Notes: generated by a model from the letters alone, not told the origin. Counted from the first letter of the stretch, positions 28,814 to 40,010 are shown. The stretch: 62,811 nucleotides of DNA from Promethearchaeota archaeon (GCA_048940445.1 JBHLON010000020.1:1-62811); one strand, 5' to 3'. Numbers and translations are program-made.

Positions 28814-29446
28814 TTATTTCTTCTTTAGCATATAAATTCCATTTTCAAAAAACCAAAAAAGATTCGCAAAGAGAAATAACCATTCTGTAAGACTCTCAGC
28901 TTCGGGAGTCAGACCATGAATAACACGATTTAAGATTAAAAGTACTAGATAAAGAAGAAAGAAAATTACAACTAAAATGTTAAATATTGCCTGTGATTTG
29001 GGAAACTCAGATGACCTCCATTCTAAGTATGTGTAGAGAAATAGATAAAGAATACCCGTAACAAAGAAAAGTAGTTCAAACATTAGATGTACTAAATAAA
29101 TAGTATCTGAATTGAAAATAGCCATTCCCATAATTCCAATCGCCGAAAGAATCCCTAGGATACACGCTATCTTTGAACCTTTGGAACCAATATTCCTTTT
29201 CTGTAAATATCTATTGAATCCGATAAAGAAAAGTATTATAAAGACAGCCGTAATAAACCAGCAAATATTAAATAAGATATATAGTGGATTTGAAGGAGTT
29301 CCAAGATAACTTATATGAGTGACAAAGAAATTAAAATCTGGATGTACTAATATTGCTGGAACAAGTCCAATAAAGAAAACTATTAAACCAATGAATGCAA
29401 AATAGCTAGCACTTATTTTTTCATATATTTTATCTAATTGTTGCAT
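28814..29446 (-). CDS. Multi-TM membrane protein (DUF998/Frag1-DRAM-like)
   Basis: About 6 TMs; ISYLG motif after TM1; conserved-looking H and EW. Confidence 0.7.
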   Translation of the reverse strand: MQQLDKIYEKISASYFAFIGLIVFFIGLVPAILVHPDFNFFVTHISYLGTPSNPLYILFNICWFITAVFIILFFIGFNRYLQKRNIGSKGSKIACILGILSAIGIMGMAIFNSDTIYLVHLMFELLFFVTGILYLFLYTYLEWRSSEFPKSQAIFNILVVIFFLLYLVLLILNRVIHGLTPEAESLTEWLFLFANLFWFFENGIYMLKKK

Positions 29447-29629
29447 AACTTTCAGTTTTAAGATAATAAGTTAAAATAGTAGTTTGTTAAACTCCTATTT
29501 ATAGATTTTTATAATCTTGAAAGTTAATCAGCTATTTATACAATGCATTAGGTTACTAGGCTGAATATTTACATATTGTGTGTATGTATTTTGATGATTG
29601 TGAAATAAAGACTATTATAACTTTATTAT

Positions 29630-30520
29630 TCAGACTAAAATTCCTTTAGCTACCATACTTACTTTACCTCCAACGGCAACATAAAACTTACTTTCCTTTT
29701 CTTCAGCTTTTAATAGTAAGAGAGATTTCCTACCAATCTCATATCCTTGTTCCACCCTAATATTAAGATTTTTAGTATTAAAATAATCATATCTAACTAA
29801 ATAAGCCGCTAGGCAACCATTTGCCGAACCTGTAGCGGGATCCTCAGCTACTCCTAAATAGTCAGCAAAAAAACGAACATTCAAGTCATTTTCTTTATTA
29901 TAAGTTTCCGGACAAAAAACCAATATAGATTTAGCTTGAGTGTTTTCTATCATCTTATAGTATCTAGCTTTATTAACATTGATTTTTCTTAATGCTTCAA
30001 GCGATTTCAAGGGTACAATTATTGTAGGGACTCCTGTTGATACTTCCTGGATTTTGAAGCGAGTATCAATATCTCCTTCATTGATATTCAGAACTTCTGA
30101 CAATAAGTCAGGAGCAAAAAATCCATGAAATGACGGTTCTTTATGTTCCATCCAAATTTCTGTTAGCAGATCTCCTTGATACTTAAATAAAATAGCAATT
30201 TGGCCTATTTTAAGGTTCATTAAAATAGTCTTAACTTTTTCTTTAATAAACTCTTTATGAAAGATAAAGGCAGCACCTAAGGTGGGATGCCCTGCAAAAG
30301 GTAATTCAGTTCTTGGAGTAAAAATACGGAAACTAAAATCATCAATCGAAGTAATAAAAACGGTTTCTGAAAAATTCATTTCTTTAGCAATTCTTTGCAT
30401 TTGTTCAGTGTCTAAAACTTTATTGTCAATAACTACAGCAAGTTGATTACCTTCATACTTATTCTCAGCAAAAACATCCACAATGTAAAATTTCAAGCCT
30501 TCTGACAAGTTATCCTTCAT
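29630..30520 (-). CDS. PhzF-family isomerase
   Basis: VDVF..GNQLAV, FSETVF, ELPFAGHPTLG and EDPATGSA motifs. Confidence 0.95.
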   Translation of the reverse strand: MKDNLSEGLKFYIVDVFAENKYEGNQLAVVIDNKVLDTEQMQRIAKEMNFSETVFITSIDDFSFRIFTPRTELPFAGHPTLGAAFIFHKEFIKEKVKTILMNLKIGQIAILFKYQGDLLTEIWMEHKEPSFHGFFAPDLLSEVLNINEGDIDTRFKIQEVSTGVPTIIVPLKSLEALRKINVNKARYYKMIENTQAKSILVFCPETYNKENDLNVRFFADYLGVAEDPATGSANGCLAAYLVRYDYFNTKNLNIRVEQGYEIGRKSLLLLKAEEKESKFYVAVGGKVSMVAKGILV

Positions 30521-30634
30521 AGCTTCACACTTATAAATTTAAGATAATCTTAATAAGGATATTCATATAAATCTTTTAAGATTCAATATCTAAGTAGACT
30601 ATGTTTTTAAATAAATTTTATTAATTTTGATTAT

Positions 30635-31807
30635 ATGTATTTTGATGAGACAGATTCAAAATCATGGGTTAAAAAAAAGTTCTCGATAAGAGAATTAGGA
30701 GGAGCTTTTGGTGATTGGGGAACTTTAATTCCTTTTATTATTGGTTATATTTCAATTGTAGGTTTCAATCCCGCAGGTATCTTTTTAACCCTAGGAATTA
30801 CCAATATTGTTTTAGGGATAAAGTTTAATCTTCCCCTACCTGTTCAACCTCAAAAAACGATTGGAGCAATATCTCTCTCCCAAAAATGGAATCCAAATCT
30901 CGTAATTTCAACTGGTTTTGGAACTGGAATAGTTTGGGCATTATTAGGATTTACTAAAATACTGAATAAGATTGTTAAGAAAATACCTGTTGTCACTGTA
31001 AGAGCTATTCAATTAGGTTTAGGACTAATCCTTGGGTGGACAGCTCTCATTCTCTTTATAGATAATCTCTATTTAGGAATTATTTCAATGGGAATAATAA
31101 TACTTTTAATTAATAATAAACGAATTCCATCAGCAATTATACTTGTTTTATTGGGTATCATTCTCTTATTCGTTACTGGGAATTTAATTCTGGATGATAT
31201 TAAATTTAATATTCCCTATTTTTATCTTTATATTCCTGATTGGCGCAATGTATTGTTTGGAATGATTTTCGCCGGGTTTGCTCAGTTATTTTTAACACTA
31301 ACTAACGTCATGATCGCCACAATAGCTTTAATAAAGGATTTATTCCCAGAAAGTAAGATAAATGCTAATTCTTTGGCCTTAAATATGGGAGTAATGAATA
31401 TAGTTAATCCCTTTATAGGAGGAATTCCTTTATGCCATGGTTCAGGAGGCTTCGCAGCACAATATGCTTTTGGGGCACGTACAGGTGGATCCATGATATT
31501 GGAAGGAATATTAGAAATAATTTTAGGCCTTTTCTTTTCTGATACTCTCTTTCTGATATTTAACAAATTCCCAAGTGCTATTTTCGGAGCAATGTTACTA
31601 TATACGGCATATTTGTTAGCAAAAATTTCTATTAAAGATTCTAATAAAAAAACCTTGCCAATAATTATAGTTTCAGGTTTGATTTGTTTTGTCTTTTATT
31701 TCATAGAATATATAGGTTCTTTTAGTATTACCATAGGATTCTTTGTAGCTTTAATTCTTTACTTTATTTTTTCCAAAAAGTTGAGGCAAACAACAGAATC
31801 TTCTTAA
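30635..31807 (+). CDS. MOT1-like molybdate/sulfate transporter
   Basis: ELGGAFGD.GT, PLPVQPQK and PLCHGSGGFAAQYAFGARTG motifs. Confidence 0.88.
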   Translation: MYFDETDSKSWVKKKFSIRELGGAFGDWGTLIPFIIGYISIVGFNPAGIFLTLGITNIVLGIKFNLPLPVQPQKTIGAISLSQKWNPNLVISTGFGTGIVWALLGFTKILNKIVKKIPVVTVRAIQLGLGLILGWTALILFIDNLYLGIISMGIIILLINNKRIPSAIILVLLGIILLFVTGNLILDDIKFNIPYFYLYIPDWRNVLFGMIFAGFAQLFLTLTNVMIATIALIKDLFPESKINANSLALNMGVMNIVNPFIGGIPLCHGSGGFAAQYAFGARTGGSMILEGILEIILGLFFSDTLFLIFNKFPSAIFGAMLLYTAYLLAKISIKDSNKKTLPIIIVSGLICFVFYFIEYIGSFSITIGFFVALILYFIFSKKLRQTTESS

Positions 31808-31955
31808 TGACTTTTCATTATTTATTTTATATCCTTAAAAACTGAATTTCTTATACTTTTTTTAAAAAGATGTAGTTATATTTTTAAGTTTACACTAATT
31901 AACTTTTGAATAAAAACGTAAATTTCTTTTTTTTTAAAAGTAATAGTGATTAAAA

Positions 31956-33353
31956 ATGGAAAGAAAAAACAGCTTTTTAATATACCTTCTTATTGGCATT
32001 ATATTTGGAGCTACCATTCCTCCTATTTTTATTTATAGAATTTCTAAAGATGCAACTGGTTTATATAGAATTAATAAAGATGGGACTCGAATTTCTGAAG
32101 TTGAAATAAATAATCAAGTTCCGGTAGGTAATATCAATTTCGTACCTGTTAGTAGTGAAAACACAATAATAACAGCAAAATGGTCAATTTCCTACGTAGG
32201 TATTTATGATCCTCAAAAACTTATAGTTGTTTCTTATAAAGTAATTCAATCACGTTTAATTTTCTCTATTTATAGCAAGATAGATAAGTTAGCTTTTATA
32301 AATTCAATTTTAAGTTTAGATCTTTTCATTTTTTTTAATCCATCTTATAATGCCTATAGTTTTCTATCCGATAGTGAAAAAGGTAATATTAATCTTTTAG
32401 TGTATAATATTAATTTTTCTAAATTTGAATTCAAATCCGATTCTGGAAATATTAACATCAGACTTGATTATACAAACATATTTGATGATTTTAAAATAAC
32501 AACAAGTTCAGGAGATATATATTTAATCATCGATCACACCTACTTTGCTAAAGATTTTATATGTACCACCAGTTCGGGGTATCAAAATTTTGATTTTTGG
32601 AATATTAGATTTAGTACTAAAGCTAATTTTTTTGTATCTTCAAATACGGGAAGAATATATATATTATGGGCTAACCATTACTTGAAGTCTCACAATTTAA
32701 ATATTAAATTAGAATCTAACAATGATGTTTATATAAAAATGTGGTCTCCTAAAGAAATTATTAGATCCTATGTTTCAATTGAAACTACTGATGGTACAAC
32801 TCGTTTCTCTAAACCTGCTGGAGTTTTTCAAGAGATAGATGAAAATCATTATATAGCAAATAATATTAATGACTCAACAGTAGATTTTTGTAATATTACA
32901 GTAATTTCTACTCACGGATATGGATGGGTCTTCTATGTAGATTGCTTTAAATGGCAGCGATTTTGTACTTATGGTGATTTTACAGATTATTATGTTAAAA
33001 AATCGGGGAGTTATTCAATTTTAAAGGAGGCATATAATATAACGTCTATAGAAGTATATAACTGGAATTATGTTTATTTGAATACGTATAAGAATTTACC
33101 ATTAAATATTGAGCCGCTTCCAATATCTAGTGAGAATTTAATATATGTTATCTATGACTTAAAGTATTTACACGCTCAAGGCGTTGGTGTTGGAGAAATT
33201 AATTTAGATATATCCCACAATCAAGAAGGTGATAACTTAAAAGTAAATATTAGACTTAGCTTTGTATTAGATAAAATATTACCCACATTTTCAAAGTGTA
33301 ATATCACTTTGTTTTATCATCCAAGCTATATCTTTTCTAATTATACTATTTAA
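31956..33353 (+). CDS. Membrane-anchored beta-repeat protein (DUF4097/adhesin-like)
   Basis: N-terminal TM; SDSGNI, TSSGDI and SNTGRI repeats. Confidence 0.65.
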   Translation: MERKNSFLIYLLIGIIFGATIPPIFIYRISKDATGLYRINKDGTRISEVEINNQVPVGNINFVPVSSENTIITAKWSISYVGIYDPQKLIVVSYKVIQSRLIFSIYSKIDKLAFINSILSLDLFIFFNPSYNAYSFLSDSEKGNINLLVYNINFSKFEFKSDSGNINIRLDYTNIFDDFKITTSSGDIYLIIDHTYFAKDFICTTSSGYQNFDFWNIRFSTKANFFVSSNTGRIYILWANHYLKSHNLNIKLESNNDVYIKMWSPKEIIRSYVSIETTDGTTRFSKPAGVFQEIDENHYIANNINDSTVDFCNITVISTHGYGWVFYVDCFKWQRFCTYGDFTDYYVKKSGSYSILKEAYNITSIEVYNWNYVYLNTYKNLPLNIEPLPISSENLIYVIYDLKYLHAQGVGVGEINLDISHNQEGDNLKVNIRLSFVLDKILPTFSKCNITLFYHPSYIFSNYTI

Positions 33354-33405
33354 TCTTTTTTCTATTAAAATGCAATCATATAAAATGTAAATTAATGTAT
33401 AATAA

Positions 33406-34188
33406 TTGATTAGGATGAAGAAAAAGAAGAAAATATACCAATTAATTATTAATCTTATGAATTCTTGGCCTGCTAAGTATTATTTTTTCCATAAAGGATG
33501 GATTTTACGTTTTACTAATGGAGTAACCTCCAGAGCTAATTCAGTTTTACCTCTCAATTATTATGGCAATAGAAGAACATTAAATCGTGATATTACTATT
33601 GTAGAAGAAGCATATAAGATGTATAATCTACCAGCTATCTTCACAATGCATGATTTTCATAAACCTAAGTATCTTCGCAATGAATTAATTAGTAAAAATT
33701 ATAGAGAAATAAGTCATACAGTTGCCTTAGGTGGACGATTAAATGATATTAACATTGAAAACCTTAATAAAAATTATAAATACTTCTTTCTAGAGATGCG
33801 ACATGGTGATTTTTCAGAATTCCTTTCAAGACAATCTCAAAAATCTGAAGAAGAACAGAATATTATAAATAAAATTACCCAAAGAATTAAGATTCTTAAA
33901 AAGTGTTTTTTAGTTGTAAAATCTCAGAGTTCAATCGTTGGAACTTTAGCGGGGGTGCTAGATTTAAATGGATATTTATATCTGGTAGACATATTTGTCG
34001 ATCCAAATTTTCGTAAACAAAGTATCGCTAAATCAATGTTCTTTAAGATAATGCATGACTGGGTTAATCCTCGAAATATAAAGATGGTCTGGTTGCAAGT
34101 TGAAATTGAGAATGAAACCGCCATTAGTTTATATGAGAATATTGGATTAAAAAAATTGTATAATTATTATTATCTAATTAATTCTTAG
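33406..34188 (+). CDS. GNAT acetyltransferase
   Basis: GVTSRANSV; VDPNFRKQSIA; LQVEIENETAISLYENIG. Confidence 0.9.
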   Translation: MIRMKKKKKIYQLIINLMNSWPAKYYFFHKGWILRFTNGVTSRANSVLPLNYYGNRRTLNRDITIVEEAYKMYNLPAIFTMHDFHKPKYLRNELISKNYREISHTVALGGRLNDINIENLNKNYKYFFLEMRHGDFSEFLSRQSQKSEEEQNIINKITQRIKILKKCFLVVKSQSSIVGTLAGVLDLNGYLYLVDIFVDPNFRKQSIAKSMFFKIMHDWVNPRNIKMVWLQVEIENETAISLYENIGLKKLYNYYYLINS

Positions 34189-34279
34189 TTGGCTGGAAGA
34201 GTACTGCTTTACAATTCTTCTCCTTAATATTTCTATTAAGAATCATTTAGAAAATTTTTATAGTTTAGATCCCTTTAAA

Positions 34280-34930
34280 GTGTATATGGATAAAATAGTA
34301 TCAATTAAAACAATCATCTTTGATTTAGGTGGAGTTTATTTTACGAGAGGTACAATACTTGCTTTAGAAAAACTTAAAGACATATATGATTTGAATTATA
34401 GGGATCTTTTTCTATTTTTTAGAGATATTCCTGGAAGTGAGGGTTATTTAATTAGACAGGGTTTAATAACGATGAATGAATTTGAAAAAAGATTTTATTC
34501 TAAATTTAATATAGAAGAAACAAATACACAGATAATTAGATACATATGGTTTGGAGCATATGTCCCACATTATGGAATGAAAGAAATTATAAAACAATTA
34601 AAAGAAAAAAACTATAATCTAGTAATTTTTAGTGGAAATATTCGAGAAAGAGTTGAATTCTTAAATCAGAGATATAATTTTTTGAAATATTTTACTACAG
34701 TTGTATTCTCATATGATTTTAAAAAAAACAAAAATGATATAGCTTTTTATGAACATTTAATTAGTCAAATCGGCTGCAAGCCTCAAGAAGCAATCTTTAT
34801 TGATGATGAACATAAAAATATAGAAATTGCTAAGACTCTTGGATTTAATTGTGTGCCCTTTTATTATACTGAACAATTAGTAGATTCTTTAAAAAAATAT
34901 AATATAGATTTAATGTTAAAAACAAGTTAA
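34280..34930 (+). CDS. HAD-family hydrolase
   Basis: IIFDLGGV, FSGN, a lysine motif and FIDD. Confidence 0.9.
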   Translation: MYMDKIVSIKTIIFDLGGVYFTRGTILALEKLKDIYDLNYRDLFLFFRDIPGSEGYLIRQGLITMNEFEKRFYSKFNIEETNTQIIRYIWFGAYVPHYGMKEIIKQLKEKNYNLVIFSGNIRERVEFLNQRYNFLKYFTTVVFSYDFKKNKNDIAFYEHLISQIGCKPQEAIFIDDEHKNIEIAKTLGFNCVPFYYTEQLVDSLKKYNIDLMLKTS

Positions 34931-35116
34931 ATTTTAATCAAAATTTTTTCTTATAGTCCGCCTAATTGCAAAAAATTGAGTACCTTGTTCTATTAGGACT
35001 TAAGCTTCTACCATTAATCATGATTCTATTCTTTTTCATTTAACTGCTGACCTTTTGTAATTAATTCTTTTATTTAAAAATAGACTACAAAAAAATTGTC
35101 AAAAAAACTTGAAATA

Positions 35117-35335
35117 TTATCTTAGAGAAGTAAGGTATTCTTTCATAGCATCTTCAAATTCGATTCTCATTAAACTTTTAAAAATAGGATTTCGGTTTTT
35201 AAATTGAATAACTTCTTCTCCAGAATAGATATCATTTCTCTTACCGGTATAAAATATCTTTGAAAAAGGAATAATTATTCTCGAAATACTAGATCTATCA
35301 ATATCCAAATTTTTTTCTTTAATTTCTGGTATCAT
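35117..35335 (-). CDS. Small hypothetical protein (possibly a gene remnant)
   Basis: 72-aa ORF directly downstream of the RHH gene. Confidence 0.45.
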   Translation of the reverse strand: MIPEIKEKNLDIDRSSISRIIIPFSKIFYTGKRNDIYSGEEVIQFKNRNPIFKSLMRIEFEDAMKEYLTSLR

Positions 35336-35362
35336 TTTCTATCTCGTTATTTAAAGAAAGGT

Positions 35363-35809
35363 TTATTTTCTTATTATTAGGCCATTTTCATATATCAAAT
35401 CTAAACTAAGTTTTAATAATTCTTTACGATAACCAAATACTATTTTCTTTAATGTTTGTTGATTAATCTCTAATATTTCTGCTAATTCTTCAACTTTTAT
35501 GCTTTTTATTGTCTCAAAAAGACTTGGTAATTGACTTATAATTTCTTTATCAAGTTTTCCTAATTCTTCTTTAATGGGTAATCCTTTTGTTTCAGCAAGT
35601 ACTTGGCGACGTATACCTGCTAAATCAATATCCCAAGTCTTCATTATTCGCTCTGAATTCTGATTTATCCATTCTTTTATCATTTGATAGATAACAGCTG
35701 CTTTGGAATTTGCTATAACACCATCTAATGCTTTAACTATCTTAAAATCTATTGGTTCTAAATTAACTGTAATCCTCTTTTTTTCTGTTTCAGATTCTTC
35801 AGGAGCCAT
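35363..35809 (-). CDS. Ribbon-helix-helix plus HTH transcription regulator
   Basis: KKRITVNL strand, SKAAVIYQMIKEW helix, and C-terminal VEELAEILEINQQTL. Confidence 0.75.
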   Translation of the reverse strand: MAPEESETEKKRITVNLEPIDFKIVKALDGVIANSKAAVIYQMIKEWINQNSERIMKTWDIDLAGIRRQVLAETKGLPIKEELGKLDKEIISQLPSLFETIKSIKVEELAEILEINQQTLKKIVFGYRKELLKLSLDLIYENGLIIRK

Positions 35810-35892
35810 AAGATAAATTTTGTCGAATTTTTCTAGCTTTAATCTTTTTAAGAAAAAACTAGTATTTAAATATTGTTAAAAATGCAGCAAAA

Positions 35893-35909
35893 TGATGCAC
35901 TTTGCATCA
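35893..35909. promoter_or_regulatory. Palindrome TGATGCA-ctt-TGCATCA, candidate operator
   Basis: Perfect 7-bp arms midway between divergent genes. Confidence 0.55.
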
Positions 35910-36001
35910 CATTTAAATAATATAAATGTCATTTGTATAATATCAAAATATCACTAGCATATTGCTTATAAAATTGTGGAAGTTGGAATGGTGTATGTAA
36001 A

Positions 36002-36643
36002 ATGTTAGAACTATATTCCCCCTTAATTGAGACTGTAAATACCAAAGAAAGAATAACAGTCGATTTAATAAAAGATGGTCGTGATTATTTAAGCAATTTT
36101 GATATCAATCAAGATTTTTTATTAGATACCGTCTCTCTTGTATATAGATATTTACGAATTAACAGGAAGATTCCTCATGATCTTTATAAATTCTTTATTG
36201 CCTCATATTACATAATTTCACGGCACCCATTTGCTTTTCCTGCACATGATTCTAAAAAAGAATTCTGTAAAAAATTTAATATCCAGGAGACTTCATTAGA
36301 ATACTGTGTAAACAAAATAACAAATACTTTGGACTATATACGGATTTTAGATGATATGAACTTTCCATATTATATTGATCCAGAGCGAGATATAAGTCTT
36401 GGAATCATAAAAAAGATGATTAAAGAAAAAGTGGATAAATATATGATGAAATTTTTACTCTATCATCAACCTATTAATTCCCAAATTTTAACAGAAGAAT
36501 TGGTATGTGAAGTAATTTTTGAGCAAAAAGCTTTTCCTGAAGAGTTATTTCGTCAATTATACGAGATAATAAGTGCATTTATTGAGAAGGAATTTTCAGA
36601 GTACGATGAATATGTAAAATTACAACGGAAATACTTTATTTAA
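36002..36643 (+). CDS. Cyclin/TFIIB-fold-like helical protein
   Basis: IASYYIISR...SKKEFCKKFNIQETSLEYCVNKI resembles a TFIIB repeat. Confidence 0.55.
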   Translation: MLELYSPLIETVNTKERITVDLIKDGRDYLSNFDINQDFLLDTVSLVYRYLRINRKIPHDLYKFFIASYYIISRHPFAFPAHDSKKEFCKKFNIQETSLEYCVNKITNTLDYIRILDDMNFPYYIDPERDISLGIIKKMIKEKVDKYMMKFLLYHQPINSQILTEELVCEVIFEQKAFPEELFRQLYEIISAFIEKEFSEYDEYVKLQRKYFI

Positions 36644-36648
36644 AGGTT

Positions 36649-37635
36649 TTAATAGCTACTTCTCATAAGTTTTAAGGTAATTAAGAAGTTCTGATTGGAA
36701 AAAAGGCTATGTTTTATCTTAATGGGATCAGCATATTCAAATTCTTTAAACAGATAACTTCTGAAAAAATCTTCATTCCATTCATTTAATGCTAATGCTA
36801 TATTTAGAAATTGCTTTTGAAAATTGATCGGTGCCGAAAATTCACGAAAATGCAAAAATGGATTTATGTCAATATTTGCTTTCCCTTTTCTGGGGAGCCA
36901 ACGCACTTCCGAGATTTTAGTATGAGCAAATTTACCGTCTCTGTTGAACTTTGAGCACAGACGATTTGAAGTTAAATATATTCCTACTAAATTTGGATCA
37001 TATCCTCGTTTTTTTCTTAAGTGATAATGAAAATTGAATAATACAAACAAATTTGGTTTAAGTTTTACAACGAATTTGTCATTAAAAAATATCCAACATA
37101 TTGGTAAAGCAATGCTAATTATTAGATACAGAATGATAATTGATTGAATAAAAGTACTTAACTGACTTCCGTCAAATTGAATAACTCCAAAATCGACATA
37201 AAGTAATAAGGCAATAGCACCAGAATTCAACATTATAAATAATAAACTACTAGTATATCGCTTTTTAAATTCAAAACCTATATTTTTCATCTCTTTCTTG
37301 AGAAAACATATTAAAGAGGGAGTGAATTTCAATTTAATTAACTTAATAAGATAAATAACTACATATATGGATATACTAAAGAAAGCCCAACCAACTGTTA
37401 GGTTAAATGAATAGTGTCTAATAGTCGAAACATAAATATCATTATTTAAAACCATATTAGGTTGATAACATAGTATTAAATAAATTAGATATACTCCTAA
37501 TATTAACACAATACTTATAAAACCTTTAATTGCTTTTCGATAGTACTCTGATTTAATTATCTTTAATGAATTTACAATTTGATTTTCATCCTCAAAATCT
37601 ATATCTATATAATCCTTATCATTCTTACTCATCAT
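36649..37635 (-). CDS. Membrane protein (about 4 TM) with a C-terminal soluble domain
   Basis: Four hydrophobic segments; 4-bp overlap with the upstream gene. Confidence 0.75.
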   Translation of the reverse strand: MMSKNDKDYIDIDFEDENQIVNSLKIIKSEYYRKAIKGFISIVLILGVYLIYLILCYQPNMVLNNDIYVSTIRHYSFNLTVGWAFFSISIYVVIYLIKLIKLKFTPSLICFLKKEMKNIGFEFKKRYTSSLLFIMLNSGAIALLLYVDFGVIQFDGSQLSTFIQSIIILYLIISIALPICWIFFNDKFVVKLKPNLFVLFNFHYHLRKKRGYDPNLVGIYLTSNRLCSKFNRDGKFAHTKISEVRWLPRKGKANIDINPFLHFREFSAPINFQKQFLNIALALNEWNEDFFRSYLFKEFEYADPIKIKHSLFSNQNFLITLKLMRSSY

Positions 37636-38096
37636 TTACCTGTCCACCTCCTTGTTTTCTCATTTTCTTCTTGAGGTGTTAACCAATATTTTTGGATGAT
37701 TTCTCTAAATATTGTTAAATCTGGATTATCCATCTCATTTAGGGAAACAATATGGAATTTTTCAGTTTTTTTCTCAATCTTAATATAATTTTCTTTTTCT
37801 AGATATTCAAAAGCATGGAACAATTTTTCCAGACGATCTATATTTAAACTATGCATAATATCTGTTTTATTGATTACTGTATTCTCTTTTTGAAGTTTGG
37901 CTAAACTCATCAGGACTTGTCCACCTCTAAGGGAAGCAATATTCGTTAATTTATCAAAAATTCTAGATATCACCTTCAATAAGTTGTCAAAGTCATTATA
38001 GAAATCAATTTTTCCTTCTCCTTTCAGTTCTAACTTATCATTTATATTAGCTAAGCGGTATTTATCAACAAATTCTTGATATGAAAGTGTCATCAT
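37632..38096 (-). CDS. Winged-helix domain protein
   Basis: INKTDIMHSL...AFEYLEKENYIKI pattern. Confidence 0.7.
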   Translation of the reverse strand: MMTLSYQEFVDKYRLANINDKLELKGEGKIDFYNDFDNLLKVISRIFDKLTNIASLRGGQVLMSLAKLQKENTVINKTDIMHSLNIDRLEKLFHAFEYLEKENYIKIEKKTEKFHIVSLNEMDNPDLTIFREIIQKYWLTPQEENEKTRRWTGK

Positions 38097-38318
38097 ATAA
38101 TATATGTCTTACCTCTTATAAAAAAATACTATTTTATTAAAGTTATTTACTGAAAGGGATACTTTTAATACCATATTACGGGATTAATGTAATACTATTC
38201 CGAATATTAAAAGTCTAAACATCCTAATCATAGATAAAAAAGATTTTACTTTTATAGCTAGAACAGAGTCAAAGATATTTAAAATTAAAAAAAAAAAAAA
38301 TTAATTATTTTTTAGGCC

Positions 38319-40010
38319 TTAAGATCGGTAAACAGGATAGAATCTTAAAAGACCAGGTGTGTTATACCATATTCCATGTAGATCTGCTGAATGAACAGTT
38401 GTTATTTTTCCATGATAGACAAAACAGTGAGGATATAGTCTATTAGCTAGGTACCATTGAATATTTTTATAGATGGTATTTCTGGCAGCATCGTTTGTTG
38501 TTTGCAATGCAAGAGCCATCATACCCTGTAATTTTGTATCATCAACCTGAGCAGAATTAGCGCTTGATGCAGGATTGAATAATGGATCAAGCATATTGAA
38601 AGGATCAAGGTAATCTGGACCCCAACCAACAAAATATAGTCCTAGTTCCTCAGGATTGACATACAACTTTCTGAGAAATGCATCCCATGTTATACCATCG
38701 TCTACCACTGTTATTCCTATTGCAGGAAGCCAATTATTTAATACATCATAAATATCTTCCCTTACAGAGTTACCAATGTTGTAGGAATAATTGATTGATC
38801 TTAGGTTAGCAGCTAACCATTGAGCATTAAGAGGATCATTATTTACTGGTAAACCCGCAGCTGCAGGTACATTATCGACAAGTATCTGTCGAGCAGTCGC
38901 CAAATTATAATCAGCAGCAACAACAGAAGAGTTATATGCAGCCCCATATCCAGGAGAGATTGGACTATTGGCTCTAACACATAAACCGCTCATTATTTCT
39001 TCATTAATGTATGTATAATTGAGAGCATATGAGATTGCCTTTCTCCAAGTAGAATCAATATCTAAATTGTTCATACCAAGATATTGGTATCCTAACCCAG
39101 GAAGACCATATATATCAGTAAAATGCTCAACATGAATTGTTGGATCTGCATCATAGGTTCCGATCAATGAAGGGATAATCCCTAGTATCCAATCAATTTC
39201 ATGACCTAACATTGCGTTATTTCGCGTTGTAGCATCTTGTATGAATGCCATAATTACTTCTTCGAAAAATGCAGGAGGTTGCCAATAATAGTCCCAACGA
39301 GCAAGTCTAACTTCAATATTAGGGACATAATACTGATAAGCAAAAGGTCCTGTTCCAATAACTCTTCCTCCTGTAAGAGAGATATATCTATCTGCAGGAG
39401 TAGAATCTGGAGACAACATAGCACCAGCTACATAGCATAATAAATCAAGGAAAGGAGCGTAAGCACCATTGAGATAAATAGTTACGTTATAGGCAAAATC
39501 AGAAACAACATGGTTTATAATGGGTTGACCATTAGGTAAATAATACAAAGAGGAAGGTTCTCCAACAGTCATACCGGGTGGAAGGGTTCCTGAGCAATTA
39601 AATAGATATAACATTCTATCAAAATTCCATTTAGTTGCATTTGCATTAAAAGAAGTTAAATCATGAAATACAATCCCTTCTCTAAGTTTTATTTCAAGGC
39701 AAGTTTCATTTTTCCAATAGTAGCTTTGTGCAAGTAAAGGAATTCGTGGCAACGCATGATCTGAAAGATTATAAGTAAAAAGTGTTTCGACCACTTGTTC
39801 AAGTACATTATTAGATGCCTGATCCCATGAGTTTACTGGATCAAGAACGTGTGGCGGGTTAGAGGTACCATATACAAGAGTTAGGTTTTCTGGCGCCACA
39901 ATTTCTGCCTGTGAAAGCCCTAAGATGATGTTTCCTACTCCTGAAGCGGCTAGCGCAATAGCGAGTACGATAATGGCTACATTCTTTTTTTCCATTTCCA
40001 AATTAATCAC
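38319..40010 (-). CDS. ABC transporter substrate-binding protein, family 5 (peptide/nickel)
   Basis: LDP, VVETL, LREGIVFHD, GTGPF, RKAISYALN and WGPDYLDP motifs. Confidence 0.93.
   Translation of the reverse strand: MINLEMEKKNVAIIVLAIALAASGVGNIILGLSQAEIVAPENLTLVYGTSNPPHVLDPVNSWDQASNNVLEQVVETLFTYNLSDHALPRIPLLAQSYYWKNETCLEIKLREGIVFHDLTSFNANATKWNFDRMLYLFNCSGTLPPGMTVGEPSSLYYLPNGQPIINHVVSDFAYNVTIYLNGAYAPFLDLLCYVAGAMLSPDSTPADRYISLTGGRVIGTGPFAYQYYVPNIEVRLARWDYYWQPPAFFEEVIMAFIQDATTRNNAMLGHEIDWILGIIPSLIGTYDADPTIHVEHFTDIYGLPGLGYQYLGMNNLDIDSTWRKAISYALNYTYINEEIMSGLCVRANSPISPGYGAAYNSSVVAADYNLATARQILVDNVPAAAGLPVNNDPLNAQWLAANLRSINYSYNIGNSVREDIYDVLNNWLPAIGITVVDDGITWDAFLRKLYVNPEELGLYFVGWGPDYLDPFNMLDPLFNPASSANSAQVDDTKLQGMMALALQTTNDAARNTIYKNIQWYLANRLYPHCFVYHGKITTVHSADLHGIWYNTPGLLRFYPVYRS

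Noticed and set aside
34935-35110. Protein-like fragments with several stops downstream of the 72-aa ORF
   Set aside because: Possible pseudogene remnant, but no family is identifiable.
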